From NCBI GenBank assembly GCA_963755125.1, contig CAVWIP010000018.1:192001-256000 (forward strand): a stretch of 64,000 bases of DNA. Direction: 5' to 3'. The position numbers were made by a program, and so were the translations under genes. Positions 33,674 through 43,282 of the stretch are shown one piece after another (position 1 is the stretch's first letter; the number at the start of each line of letters is the position of its first letter). Source of the DNA: an uncultured delta proteobacterium (lineage in GTDB: Bacteria > Myxococcota_A > Polyangia > Fen-1088). The notes beneath the pieces were generated by a model. The model saw only the letters and a list, made by a program, of their open reading frames with translations. It did no database searches and was not told the DNA's origin.

Positions 33674-34990
33674 TCAGCGCGCCATGAAACCCTTGAAGAC
33701 GTCAGCAACATACTCCAGCTCGGGCATGGTCAGACCCGGGTAGACGCCGATGAAGAAGGTGTCCGACGTGATCCGGTCGCTGTTGCGCAGATCGCCCACC
33801 ACGCGGTGCTCGATGTCGCAGAACCCGGGATGCCGGAGCAGGTTGCCACTGAACAGATTGCGGGTTTCGATCTTGCGGGTTTGCAAATGCGCGAGCAGTT
33901 CATCGCGCGAGAAGCCCGCGCCCGGGGCCACGGTGATGACGAAGGCAAACCACGAGGGGTCGGCGCCCTCGGTCGCCTTGGGCAGGACCAGGCGATCGCC
34001 GTAGCCGCGCAAGGCCTGGCCTAGAAAGGCGTGGTTGCGCTTGCGGGCCGCGGTGAACCCATCCAGGCGGTCCATCTGGGCACAGCCGATGGCGGCCTGG
34101 ATGTCCGTGGCCTTCAGGTTGTAGCCGATGTGTGAGTAGACGTATTTGTGGTCGTAACCCGAGGGCAGCGAGCCAAACTGCTGGGAGAAACGCCGGCCGC
34201 AGGTGTTGTTCTCCCCGCCCGCGCAGTAGCAATCGCAACCCCAGTCGCGAATCGAGCGCGCCACCTTGGCCAGGGTCTCGTCGTTGCTGGCCACCGCCCC
34301 GCCCTCGCCGGTGGTGATGTGATGGGCCGGGTAGAAGGAAAACGTGGCCAGATCGCCGAACGTCCCGGTCAGCCGCCCCTGATAGCGCGAGCCCAAGGCA
34401 TCGCAGTTGTCCTCGATCAGCCAGAGGCCGTGTTGCTTGGCCAGCCCCTGAATGCGGGCCACGTCCCAGGGATTGCCCAGGGTGTGGGCCAGGATGATGG
34501 CTCGGGTGCGCGGCCCGATGGCCTCGGCGATCCGTTCGGGCAGAGCGTTGTAGCCACCGATGTCTACGTCGACGAACACCGGAACCAGGCGGTTCTGCAC
34601 GATGGGCGCGACCGTGGTTGGGAAGGCCGCTGCCGCGGTGATGACCTCGTCCCCGGGACGCAGTTGGCGCGCGCCCAGCTTGGGCGAGGTGAGCGTCGTG
34701 ACCGCGACCAGATTGGCCGAAGATCCGGAGTTCACCATCAGGACGTCGCTCACACCCAGGTATTCGGCCAGGCGGCTCTCGAACTCCTGGGAGAAGCGCC
34801 CCGCGGTCAGCCAGAAATCGAGCACGGCGTCCGCGGCGTTGCGCAACTCCGGCGGTCCGAATACGCGGCCGGCGTAGCGCACTATTGACTGTCCGGGAAC
34901 GAACGGAGCGTGATCCTCACGGCTCCGCTGGTACTCCTCGACCAGGTCCAGGATGCGCGCCCGAAGATCTTGCGCCTGGTTGTTGCTCAT
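33674..34990 (-). CDS. rfbH: CDP-4-keto-6-deoxy-D-glucose 3-dehydrase (E1)
   Basis: SFYPAHHITTGEGG (His in place of the aminotransferase Lys), CxC-x7-C-x16-H Fe-S ligand pattern (CYCAGGENNTC...YDHKY). Confidence 0.95.
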   Translation of the reverse strand: MSNNQAQDLRARILDLVEEYQRSREDHAPFVPGQSIVRYAGRVFGPPELRNAADAVLDFWLTAGRFSQEFESRLAEYLGVSDVLMVNSGSSANLVAVTTLTSPKLGARQLRPGDEVITAAAAFPTTVAPIVQNRLVPVFVDVDIGGYNALPERIAEAIGPRTRAIILAHTLGNPWDVARIQGLAKQHGLWLIEDNCDALGSRYQGRLTGTFGDLATFSFYPAHHITTGEGGAVASNDETLAKVARSIRDWGCDCYCAGGENNTCGRRFSQQFGSLPSGYDHKYVYSHIGYNLKATDIQAAIGCAQMDRLDGFTAARKRNHAFLGQALRGYGDRLVLPKATEGADPSWFAFVITVAPGAGFSRDELLAHLQTRKIETRNLFSGNLLRHPGFCDIEHRVVGDLRNSDRITSDTFFIGVYPGLTMPELEYVADVFKGFMAR

Positions 34991-34995
34991 GGGCC

Positions 34996-37383
34996 CTACC
35001 ATGCCCCGCCGTTCGGGATGTTGTCCAGCGCATCGGGACCGCGCTGCCCATGCTTGTGGCGATAGTAGCCTTCCAGATGGTTGCTGATGCGGGGATCGCC
35101 TGGCTTCAACTGCAAGGCCTTCTCGGCATAGGATATGGCCAGATCCAGACGATTCTGTTTGGCGTAGACCAACGACAGGTTGTCCATGGCGGTGTCGTAA
35201 TCCGGCCGGAGTGTGATGGCCTCCAAGTAGACGCGCTCGGCCTCGGGATAGCGGGCCAACTTGTAATAGCACAGGCCGATGTTGTTCAAGAGCGAGGGGT
35301 CGGGCGAGCCCTGCTCTTTCTGCAGCGACAATGCCACGCGCAGCGCCTCCTCGTATCGTTGTTGCCTGAGCAAGCTGACCAATGAGGCACCTGCGTCGAG
35401 CGATTGTCCTTCGGGCGTCATGGGCTGCCCGGCAAGTTTGGCCTTCAGCCGTTGCAGTTCACTCATCAGCGCACCGTTCCCTTGCCGACGCCCGGTCTTC
35501 TGGATGGCTTCATCCAGCAACGCTCCCGCTTTCGCTTGCTCACCGGTCTGCATATAGCAATTCGCCAACAACCCAATCACCTCCAAGTTGTTGGGCGCCA
35601 ACCTCAATGCCTTTTCCAAGGTACTTTCGGCTTCGGGAGCACGACCCAGGCGGAACAGCGCGAAGCCGGCGTTCTGGTAGGCGTTGACCAGGATGGGCAG
35701 GCGCTCGATGCTCTGCCGGTAGCACGAAAGGGCCTTCTCCAGTGCCGCGACAAATCCCTCCCGGTCGCCAGCCTTCTTGTGCAGGTCCGCCATCTTGTCG
35801 TAGGCAAGGCCCATCTGGAAGTAGTAGTCGGCTGCTCGAGCGCCATCCAGCTCGGTGTTTGCTATCTCCGCAACGGCGCTTTGGTGGAGAGTAACGGCCT
35901 TTTCGTACTGGCCTGATTCACGCCTGACAATTCCCAAAGCATTGCGGAGTTCCGCCAAGTTATATTGCTCATATTGTACGAGCGAATGATTGGTGACCCG
36001 GCCAAGTCGTTCTTCGGTGAGACGGACGGATTCTTGGAGATAAGGCACCGCTTTTTCAGGCGTTGACACAGTCACCGAGTAGTAGCGTCCGAGAGTCCTG
36101 GCAGCAAAAATGTTGGCGGGATCCTTGCGAAGGGTGTCGGTGAAGAGCGTCTCGGTGTCGTGCCAGGCCCGCACGCGCTGCCAGGTGACGGCGGCAAAGA
36201 AGACCACGAACACGACTCCCAGCGCAGCCAGCGCCTTGCGTGCTCTCGCTGGCAGACCGTCGGGCAACAGTCCCCCGTCGCTGCGCGCTGACAGAAGCGC
36301 GGTCGCGGCCAGAATCAACCCGAAGGACGCGATGAACACGTAGCGATCGGCCATGCCCGCGGCCTTCTTCCAGACGGTGAGCGTGGGCAGAACGCCCACG
36401 AGGAACCAGGCGAGACCGAAGCAAGCCAAACGACTGCGTTTCCTCAAGAGCAGGATCCCCGCGCCCAGCAACAGCAGGCCGGCGGCTCCAGCCAGGCACC
36501 GTGGATCGCTCAACCTCTCGATGTACCTCTCGTAAGGGCTGTGCAGGCCCAGAGGAACGACCATCAGGCGCAGGTAAGAGAAGAAATTGGCCAGCCAACT
36601 GTGGGCGGCCACCGAGGTATCAAAGGTGCTCCCGGAGTAACGCTGGGGAAAGACCACGAAATTCAGGAGCACGACTGCCGCCGCCACCACCGACACCGCA
36701 GCGAAGTTCACCCTGCGACGTCGCCGCTCGCCCGCCTCTTTGACAGGGAAAAGTCCCATATGCCCCCACACCAAGGCGGGCATGACTGCGGCTGGCGGAT
36801 TGGTCAGTGCCGCCGCAGCAAAGGCCAATGTGCTCGCCCAGGTTCGTCTCGACAGATACAGCGCAAAGGACAGCAGCGCCAGCCCTCCCGCAATGGCGTA
36901 ACCGCCAGCCATGATCCAGACCACGGCCTCCACATGAATGGGATGACAGGCGAAGAGAAGGCCGCCAAGAAAAGCCGCCTTGCTCGACCGCAGAAGCCTA
37001 CGAAGAATCCAATAGGTGGAGGCGACGGCCAGCAGATAGAACAGCAGACTGGTAACGTGGTAGCCGGTGGGAGAAGTCCCGTTCAGTCGGTAGTCGATGG
37101 ACCGAACCAGTGTGTAGATGGGCCGGTAGTAATCGTGCAGCATCTCCTGCTTGGAGATGCTGCTGAACATCTGCACCAGGCCGGCCAGATTGAGCGGCCG
37201 GTCGTAGTGGCCGTACTGGACGATGTAGCCATAATCGTCCGCCAGATTGAGCCGGCCCGACAGAACGCCGGCGCCGACATAGAGCAAGGCGGCGGCAACC
37301 AGCACGACCGCCAAGGGCAGCAAACTCTTGCACAACGGCTGCGGGCCGGCCGGCGGCGACACATCGATCTTCTTCATGGACAT
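34996..37383 (-). CDS. TMTC-like GT-C glycosyltransferase with C-terminal TPR repeats
   Basis: DD after TM1 (LADDY), YYRP, HPIHVEAVVWI, ADRYVFIAS, WHDTETLF, then multiple TPRs. Confidence 0.8.
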   Translation of the reverse strand: MSMKKIDVSPPAGPQPLCKSLLPLAVVLVAAALLYVGAGVLSGRLNLADDYGYIVQYGHYDRPLNLAGLVQMFSSISKQEMLHDYYRPIYTLVRSIDYRLNGTSPTGYHVTSLLFYLLAVASTYWILRRLLRSSKAAFLGGLLFACHPIHVEAVVWIMAGGYAIAGGLALLSFALYLSRRTWASTLAFAAAALTNPPAAVMPALVWGHMGLFPVKEAGERRRRRVNFAAVSVVAAAVVLLNFVVFPQRYSGSTFDTSVAAHSWLANFFSYLRLMVVPLGLHSPYERYIERLSDPRCLAGAAGLLLLGAGILLLRKRSRLACFGLAWFLVGVLPTLTVWKKAAGMADRYVFIASFGLILAATALLSARSDGGLLPDGLPARARKALAALGVVFVVFFAAVTWQRVRAWHDTETLFTDTLRKDPANIFAARTLGRYYSVTVSTPEKAVPYLQESVRLTEERLGRVTNHSLVQYEQYNLAELRNALGIVRRESGQYEKAVTLHQSAVAEIANTELDGARAADYYFQMGLAYDKMADLHKKAGDREGFVAALEKALSCYRQSIERLPILVNAYQNAGFALFRLGRAPEAESTLEKALRLAPNNLEVIGLLANCYMQTGEQAKAGALLDEAIQKTGRRQGNGALMSELQRLKAKLAGQPMTPEGQSLDAGASLVSLLRQQRYEEALRVALSLQKEQGSPDPSLLNNIGLCYYKLARYPEAERVYLEAITLRPDYDTAMDNLSLVYAKQNRLDLAISYAEKALQLKPGDPRISNHLEGYYRHKHGQRGPDALDNIPNGGAW

Positions 37384-37415
37384 CGCGCCTCCGTCTGTCC
37401 GGAATGCGAGGCCTG

Positions 37416-38474
37416 CTACTTTCCGCCGCGCGCGCGCCAGACCACCTGCGCCCCTGCCACCACAGCCAGCGGCGTGGCTATCAGGAAGGCGTGGATGAGC
37501 GCCAGCCAGGAAACCCCGAGCAGGGAGTAGACCAGGAAGGCAAGAATGAAGAAGTCGCGCCGGCCGATGGTGTGCACCATGGCGAGCGGGTCGCGCTTGC
37601 CCTTGGCCAATCGGGTTTTCATGTCCGCGCCGCCGGTCAGGTGCCAGCGCACCTTGATGATCTCGCCGCCGCCGCCCTGCAACCTGAGCTCGCGGTAGGC
37701 GATGGTGTCATAACCGATGTGCAGGACCGCCGCCAACAAGCCCGCCGCCAGCGCCAGGGAGCTGCCGGTGGCACGAAAGACGCCCACGCCGATGCAGGCG
37801 AACAGCACGATGTTGAGCCCGTCGTCCACCACGGTGTCCAGCCACTCGCCCAGCGCGCTTTGCTGAAAGCGCACGCGCGCCAACTCGCCGTCACACCCGT
37901 CCAGGATCGACTGCAGGTGCGCGAGGAAAAAACCCCAAATCATGAGGGCGGGGCCTCCGCTGGACACCATCAGCGCACCCAGCAGGCCCACCAAGGCTGC
38001 GCCCACGGTGACCTGATTGGGGGAAAAAGGCAGGCGACAGAGCAGGTGGCGCGTGATGAAAAACGACACCGGCTTGTTGAGGTAGCGCGCGACGAACCCC
38101 AGATCACCACGCAGGAGTTCGGCGAACACGGCGCGCTCGGCGCGACGGCGGCTGGCCTCATCGATCACGCGCACGGCGCCTTCCAGCGAGCCGCTGGCGG
38201 GGCGCACCTCGTCGGCACCCACCTCGATCGCCCCCGAAAGTTCGCGGCGCAAGGCTGTCAGGTTCTCGGGCTTGGGCACCTTGTGCACCTGCACCGAGGC
38301 CGGCAAATAGGCTGGCAGGCGACAGCTTCCGTCAGAGGCGAGCACCACGTGGTATTGCAAACGGTGCAACTGCTTGATGGCGCGTTCGAGAACTGACAAG
38401 CCGGCCACGCGCATAGACGAGCCCACGACTTCGGCCAAGGTCGCCCGCAGGAGCACAGGCGGCTTGCCGGCCAT
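37416..38474 (-). CDS. CDP-alcohol phosphotransferase with a degenerate N-terminal NTP-transferase-like domain
   Basis: SPNQVT, DGCDGELAR..GEWLDTVVD; N-terminal VAGLSVLER; start uncertain. Confidence 0.85.
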   Translation of the reverse strand: MAGKPPVLLRATLAEVVGSSMRVAGLSVLERAIKQLHRLQYHVVLASDGSCRLPAYLPASVQVHKVPKPENLTALRRELSGAIEVGADEVRPASGSLEGAVRVIDEASRRRAERAVFAELLRGDLGFVARYLNKPVSFFITRHLLCRLPFSPNQVTVGAALVGLLGALMVSSGGPALMIWGFFLAHLQSILDGCDGELARVRFQQSALGEWLDTVVDDGLNIVLFACIGVGVFRATGSSLALAAGLLAAVLHIGYDTIAYRELRLQGGGGEIIKVRWHLTGGADMKTRLAKGKRDPLAMVHTIGRRDFFILAFLVYSLLGVSWLALIHAFLIATPLAVVAGAQVVWRARGGK

Positions 38475-38751
38475 TGCGCCGTCCGAAGGAGGCGCAACTG
38501 GGCTCGCGGATTGGTCGGCAGGGCTCACGGCGTTCGCTAGTGTTGCACAGCGGGCGCACGCCGGGCCAGTATAATGACTGGCCCAGCTTGTGCAGCGGTC
38601 GTGCCCTCGGCCGACCTGTCTCACACCGCTGGCTCTTGCTCGACGCGTGACTATCCGACGGGCCGGGCTGGACGCGGCTCGTCCGCTGCCGGATACTTAT
38701 GTGCCGTTTTGTGGGCGCACGAATCGGCACCATCTTTGGAGGAACAGAGTG

Positions 38752-39930
38752 ATGAAGAAGGCCGTCTTGGGTTGGTCCCTGGTTCTCTTGCTTGGCTGCT
38801 CGAACGAGACCTCTAACGACGGAGGCGCAGGCGGAACCTCGGTCGCGCAAGGAGGCGCGGGCGGCCGCTCGTCGCGCGGGCCTCGCACCAGCAGCACCGG
38901 CGGCATGTCCACCGTCGGCGGCGACGGCGGGGCCACCGGTGGTGCGGTAGCGACCGGCGGCGTGAGCACCGGCGGTGCCGCGGGCGCAACCACCAGCACG
39001 GCCCCCAGCGGCAGCGTGCCAACCATCGCTGGCTGCAATATCTTCCCCGCGGACAACCCCTGGAACACGGACATCTCTGCCTATCCGCTGAACGCCAACA
39101 GCGCGACCTACATCGCCAACATGTCGCCGTCCACCGGCTTCCATCCCGACTGGGGCACGGTGACAGAGGAGTATGGCATTCCGTTCTCGACCGGTACTGG
39201 CGCCACGCCGCAGCCGATGACCTGGAACGTCGACTATGGTGCTACCGAGAGCGACAAGCTCCCCTGCCCCACTGGAACCAACCAGTTCTGCTACCCGATT
39301 CCGCTCAACGCTCCCATCGAAGGCGGCCCGAGCGCCTCGACGGACGATGACCGGCATGTGCTCTACCTCGACACCGGAGGCGCACCGAACAACTGCACGC
39401 TGTACGAGCTGTACAATGCGCAGAATCCCACCGGGACCTCGGGCTGGACAGCGTCCAACGGCGCAATCTTCCACCTCGGATCGGACGCACTCCGGCCCGA
39501 CGGGTGGACCTCCGCCGACGCGGCCGGGTTGCCCATTCTGCCGGGACTGGTGCGCTACGACGAGGTCGTGGCCGGCGCGATCGACCACGCCATCCGATTC
39601 ACCGTCAGCCGCTCGCAACAGGGCTATATCCACCCGGCGACCCACGCGGCGGGCGACTCCAGCACAACCCTCCCGCCGATGGGATTGCGTCTTCGCCTGA
39701 AGGCGTCGTTTGACACCAGTTCGTTCTCCGGTCCGACGCTGGTCATCCTGACGGCGATGAAGAAGTACGGCATCATCCTGGCCGACAATGGTAGCAACTG
39801 GTACATCAGCGGCGAGACCAACCAGGGCTGGGATTCCTACATGGACGGCCTGGTGTCGGGCCTGAGCCAGGTGCACGGCAGCGACTTCGAGGCAGTGGAC
39901 ACCGGCCCGGTTTCGACCGCCGGGCTATAA
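38752..39930 (+). CDS. Lipoprotein with G/T/S-rich linker and a conserved domain of unknown function
   Basis: LLLGC lipobox, GGAGGT/TGG linker, FPADNPWN..ADAAGLPILPGLVRYDEV..HAIRFT..PPMG. Confidence 0.8.
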   Translation: MKKAVLGWSLVLLLGCSNETSNDGGAGGTSVAQGGAGGRSSRGPRTSSTGGMSTVGGDGGATGGAVATGGVSTGGAAGATTSTAPSGSVPTIAGCNIFPADNPWNTDISAYPLNANSATYIANMSPSTGFHPDWGTVTEEYGIPFSTGTGATPQPMTWNVDYGATESDKLPCPTGTNQFCYPIPLNAPIEGGPSASTDDDRHVLYLDTGGAPNNCTLYELYNAQNPTGTSGWTASNGAIFHLGSDALRPDGWTSADAAGLPILPGLVRYDEVVAGAIDHAIRFTVSRSQQGYIHPATHAAGDSSTTLPPMGLRLRLKASFDTSSFSGPTLVILTAMKKYGIILADNGSNWYISGETNQGWDSYMDGLVSGLSQVHGSDFEAVDTGPVSTAGL

Positions 39931-39944
39931 TAACCAAGTACTCG

Positions 39945-40562
39945 CTACTCCTCGGGCAGGATCAGCATCTTGCGCGGCAAGCCCGACCACCACACCACCT
40001 GCAACCCCATGGAAAAGGTGTAGGTGTGAATGTTGCCGTCGGGCATAACGTAAAAATCGACAGTGGGCGTGACGGCCCAGCCTCCGGTCAAACGCCTGCG
40101 CCACGGGAAAAAATCGTAGCTTGTGCCGATAAGGAAGTACGAGCCCGCACCCCCGCGCAGGGTATTGTCCGTGCTGCTCTTGTCGGTCACGTCCACAAAG
40201 CCGATTCCCAGTCCGGTGTGGGCGGATAGCCCGCGCCAGAGCGTGGCGCTGCCCTCCATGATCAGCCCGCCGGCGGCCCCCTGGTCGCTGCCTTTCTTGA
40301 TGCTCCCCAGATCGATCAATAGGCCGAGGCCTAGCCGCTCGGTCAGAAGCTCACCGATGCGCAAAGTGAAGCCACTGCCGTTGTAGAAGCCTCGGTTCGT
40401 GCCTTGCTCGACAAGGTCAGAGGCCAGGTCCACCAGGCCAACCCCGATCCAGTACCCTTGCCGCGCGCGCGGTAGTTCCACGGTCTGGGCGTGCACCAAC
40501 CGCGCAGCGCCGCCGACAAGCGAGAGCAGCAGCGCCAGACCAAGAAACAATTGCCGACGCAT
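39945..40562 (-). CDS. Exported, probable outer-membrane beta-barrel protein
   Basis: Signal peptide, amphipathic beta-strands; overlaps the TBDR stop by 1 bp. Confidence 0.6.
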   Translation of the reverse strand: MRRQLFLGLALLLSLVGGAARLVHAQTVELPRARQGYWIGVGLVDLASDLVEQGTNRGFYNGSGFTLRIGELLTERLGLGLLIDLGSIKKGSDQGAAGGLIMEGSATLWRGLSAHTGLGIGFVDVTDKSSTDNTLRGGAGSYFLIGTSYDFFPWRRRLTGGWAVTPTVDFYVMPDGNIHTYTFSMGLQVVWWSGLPRKMLILPEE

Positions 40563-43282
40563 CAGAACTCCCCTCGCAGACCGATGATTGGATAAATGGG
40601 AAGCCCCTGCCGCACCTGGCTCTTGGTGAAGTCGTAGTTGTACTGCATGGCCTCGGGATTGGCGCGGTTGAGCACGTTCTGCAGGTCGAGATAGGCGTTC
40701 AGCATCCAGCGGTTGAAGATCCAGCGTTTGTCCACACGCAGATCGAGCTGAATGAACGGTGGCAAACGGTCGCTGTACTTGGCGCCGTAGAGGGGACTGT
40801 AGCTAAATAATGAGGCGTTGTAGACCGCCCCCACGACCGGCGTGGTGGGATCTCCGCTCACCAGGCGGAAACGTGAGCCCACCTGCCAATTACGCGGCAA
40901 CTGGTAGGTGCCGAAGACGGTCAGGATGTGTGTCTGATCGTACTCGAACAGGCGGTACGTGGTGCTGCCCGAGTCGCGCCGGGTGGCGCGCGACAGGGTG
41001 TAGGCGAGCCAGCCGGTGAACTTGCTGGTCAGCTCGTGGCGCGCCACCACCTCCATGCCGTAAACCCGCCCCGCGCCGTTGTTGTCGTAGCGCAAGGGCG
41101 TCCCGTCAGACCTGAGGGCGGTCGTGGTACTGATCCAGTTGCTCAGATCCTTGTAGAAGCCGGTCACGTCCAGGTTGATGTGTTCGCGCGGCCTCCACTC
41201 CACTCCCGCAGAATAATGGATGGCCCGCTCGGCCTTCAAATCGGGATTGCCGAAACTCTTGTCGGTCTGTCCCGTGGTGATATCCGGTTCCTGGTAGAAG
41301 AGGCCCACGCCCGCCTTCAAAGCCACCGGCTTGCGGAGCTGGTAACGAACCGTGAGGCGCGGCGCAAAGGTTGCCTGGGAAATGTCCGAGTAATAGTCGA
41401 AACGCAGGCCCGGCAGAATCAGCAACCCTTTCAGGGGCCGCAGTTCCAACTCGGCAAAAGCGCCCGGCAAGAAGATGTTGGCCCCCGAGACGTTGGTCTG
41501 GGCGGTATTGGTGAGGTCGGGCATGGCCGAATCCTGACCCTCCTGAGGAGCAAGGGGCGAGAACACATTGATGCTGAAGCGATAGTAGAGGAAATCCAAA
41601 CCCGCGGTCAGCGCCAGCTTCTTCGACCATTCGTAGCGGATGGTGTCCCGCACATGAGTCGTGTCGATGGTGTAGTGCGAGTAGAACTGGAAAAATTGAA
41701 TGTCCCCATTGTCGCGGCCTTGCGAAAGGCGAACCATGTTCTCGAACCGATCAGCCGGGACATAGCGATAGGTGGCCAGGGCGCGATAGAAACTGGTGGA
41801 ATCCGAGAGTTGGTTGCCGGCGAGTTCGGTACCGAGGCGGGCCACGTTGCGGAACACAATGCTGAATGTATCGTCCGAACCGAATATGAACAGTCGCAGG
41901 TCGTGCGCCGGGGCCGGGCGATAATTAGCCAGGAACTGGTAGTCGTAATAGTGGGGCAGTGTGATGTCGGTGATGGGTGCGTTGGACGGAATGATGCCGT
42001 TCACGATCCAGTCGATGTAGCTGCGACGGACGGCAACCGCCACCGCGGCCTTGTCACCGATAGGCGTCTCAAGATAGACGCCGGAATCGAGCAGATTCAC
42101 GTCGAAGTAGCCGCCCTCCTTCTTGGGCTTGAGCTTCTTGATTGAGACATCGACGATGCCGCCAGTGGCTCGGCCGTAGTAAGGCGAGAAGTTGCCCGGA
42201 TAGAACTCCAAACTGTCGATCATGCCCACCGGCAAAACGCTGCGAATGCCGCCAAAGTGGTAAATGATGGGCACGGTCACGCCGTCGACGAAGATCTGCG
42301 TGTCCTGCGGCGCCGATCCGCGCACGATGATGTCGCCCGAGCCGGCCGCGGCGCGAGCCACACCCGCGAAGTTCTGGATGACCGCCAGGGGATCGCCCAT
42401 GGCACCGGGCATGACGTCGATGATTGTGTTGTCGACCACCGTGCGGCTGACCTCTTTGCGCACGCGCTCGGCAGTGACCACCTTGTCGAAAGGATTGTAC
42501 GAGCCCCGTTCGATGTAATAGGTCACGTGCGTGACCTCGCCCGGGCGAATCTCCTCGGTGGTGCGGAAGGGATAGTAGGCGGGAGGTTCGATGAAGACCT
42601 TCCAGATGCCGGGCTCAAGATCAAAGAAATGGAAGTGTCCCTTGGCGTCGGTGATGTTCTCGAAGCCGATGGGCTGGTCGCCACCGCTGCGATACACGGT
42701 GACCAAGATCCCTGACATGGGCAGGCGCGTTCCCCGCTCGAGCAACACGCCGACGAGATTCTCCACCGGCGGCGGCTTGGGCGCCTCCACCGGCGCGCTG
42801 GCCGGCGCGGCCGCGGGCGGGGGCGCGGCTGGCTTGGGCGGCACAAACTTGAACTTGTAGACGATCTGGACCGGCACCGGCTTTCCTGCCACCTCGGCCG
42901 GCTCGAAACCGAGACTGTACGCTGCGGTGACCGCTGCCTCTTCGAAGCCGAAGCCCGTGGGCGCCTTGGGCTCAATCACGGTTGCGCCGGTGACCTCGCC
43001 CTTGTCGTCCAGGTCCACCAGCAGCGTGACCTCGACCTCGCCGCTCTTGCCGATGGCGTTCGGCGGATAGGCGACTTTGGCCGGCTTAGTCAGCTTGGGC
43101 TGCTTGCTCAGCTCGCTGGCCTCGATGGTGGGCCCCTTGTCGGTGCCGCTGATACCGGCCTCGCCAGCGCGCTCTGCAGCCTCCTTCTCTTCCCTGCTGC
43201 CGGATTCTTCAGCGGCGCGAACCGTGCTGGCGGCGGCCACGGACAGCAGGGCTGCCAGCATCCCGAGACGCCGGGCCGTCAC
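40562..43282 (-). CDS. TonB-dependent receptor with N-terminal TonB C-terminal-like and carboxypeptidase-regulatory-like domains
   Basis: Plug (IIVRG..IFVDGV..YHFGG..YGRATGG), LKAERA, C-terminal GLRGEF; GTGA overlap at the start. Confidence 0.9.
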   Translation of the reverse strand: MTARRLGMLAALLSVAAASTVRAAEESGSREEKEAAERAGEAGISGTDKGPTIEASELSKQPKLTKPAKVAYPPNAIGKSGEVEVTLLVDLDDKGEVTGATVIEPKAPTGFGFEEAAVTAAYSLGFEPAEVAGKPVPVQIVYKFKFVPPKPAAPPPAAAPASAPVEAPKPPPVENLVGVLLERGTRLPMSGILVTVYRSGGDQPIGFENITDAKGHFHFFDLEPGIWKVFIEPPAYYPFRTTEEIRPGEVTHVTYYIERGSYNPFDKVVTAERVRKEVSRTVVDNTIIDVMPGAMGDPLAVIQNFAGVARAAAGSGDIIVRGSAPQDTQIFVDGVTVPIIYHFGGIRSVLPVGMIDSLEFYPGNFSPYYGRATGGIVDVSIKKLKPKKEGGYFDVNLLDSGVYLETPIGDKAAVAVAVRRSYIDWIVNGIIPSNAPITDITLPHYYDYQFLANYRPAPAHDLRLFIFGSDDTFSIVFRNVARLGTELAGNQLSDSTSFYRALATYRYVPADRFENMVRLSQGRDNGDIQFFQFYSHYTIDTTHVRDTIRYEWSKKLALTAGLDFLYYRFSINVFSPLAPQEGQDSAMPDLTNTAQTNVSGANIFLPGAFAELELRPLKGLLILPGLRFDYYSDISQATFAPRLTVRYQLRKPVALKAGVGLFYQEPDITTGQTDKSFGNPDLKAERAIHYSAGVEWRPREHINLDVTGFYKDLSNWISTTTALRSDGTPLRYDNNGAGRVYGMEVVARHELTSKFTGWLAYTLSRATRRDSGSTTYRLFEYDQTHILTVFGTYQLPRNWQVGSRFRLVSGDPTTPVVGAVYNASLFSYSPLYGAKYSDRLPPFIQLDLRVDKRWIFNRWMLNAYLDLQNVLNRANPEAMQYNYDFTKSQVRQGLPIYPIIGLRGEF

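Noticed and set aside
38543..38575. Full sigma70 promoter TTGCAC...TATAAT
   Set aside because: The spacer is 21 nt, too long; only the -10 is retained as a candidate.
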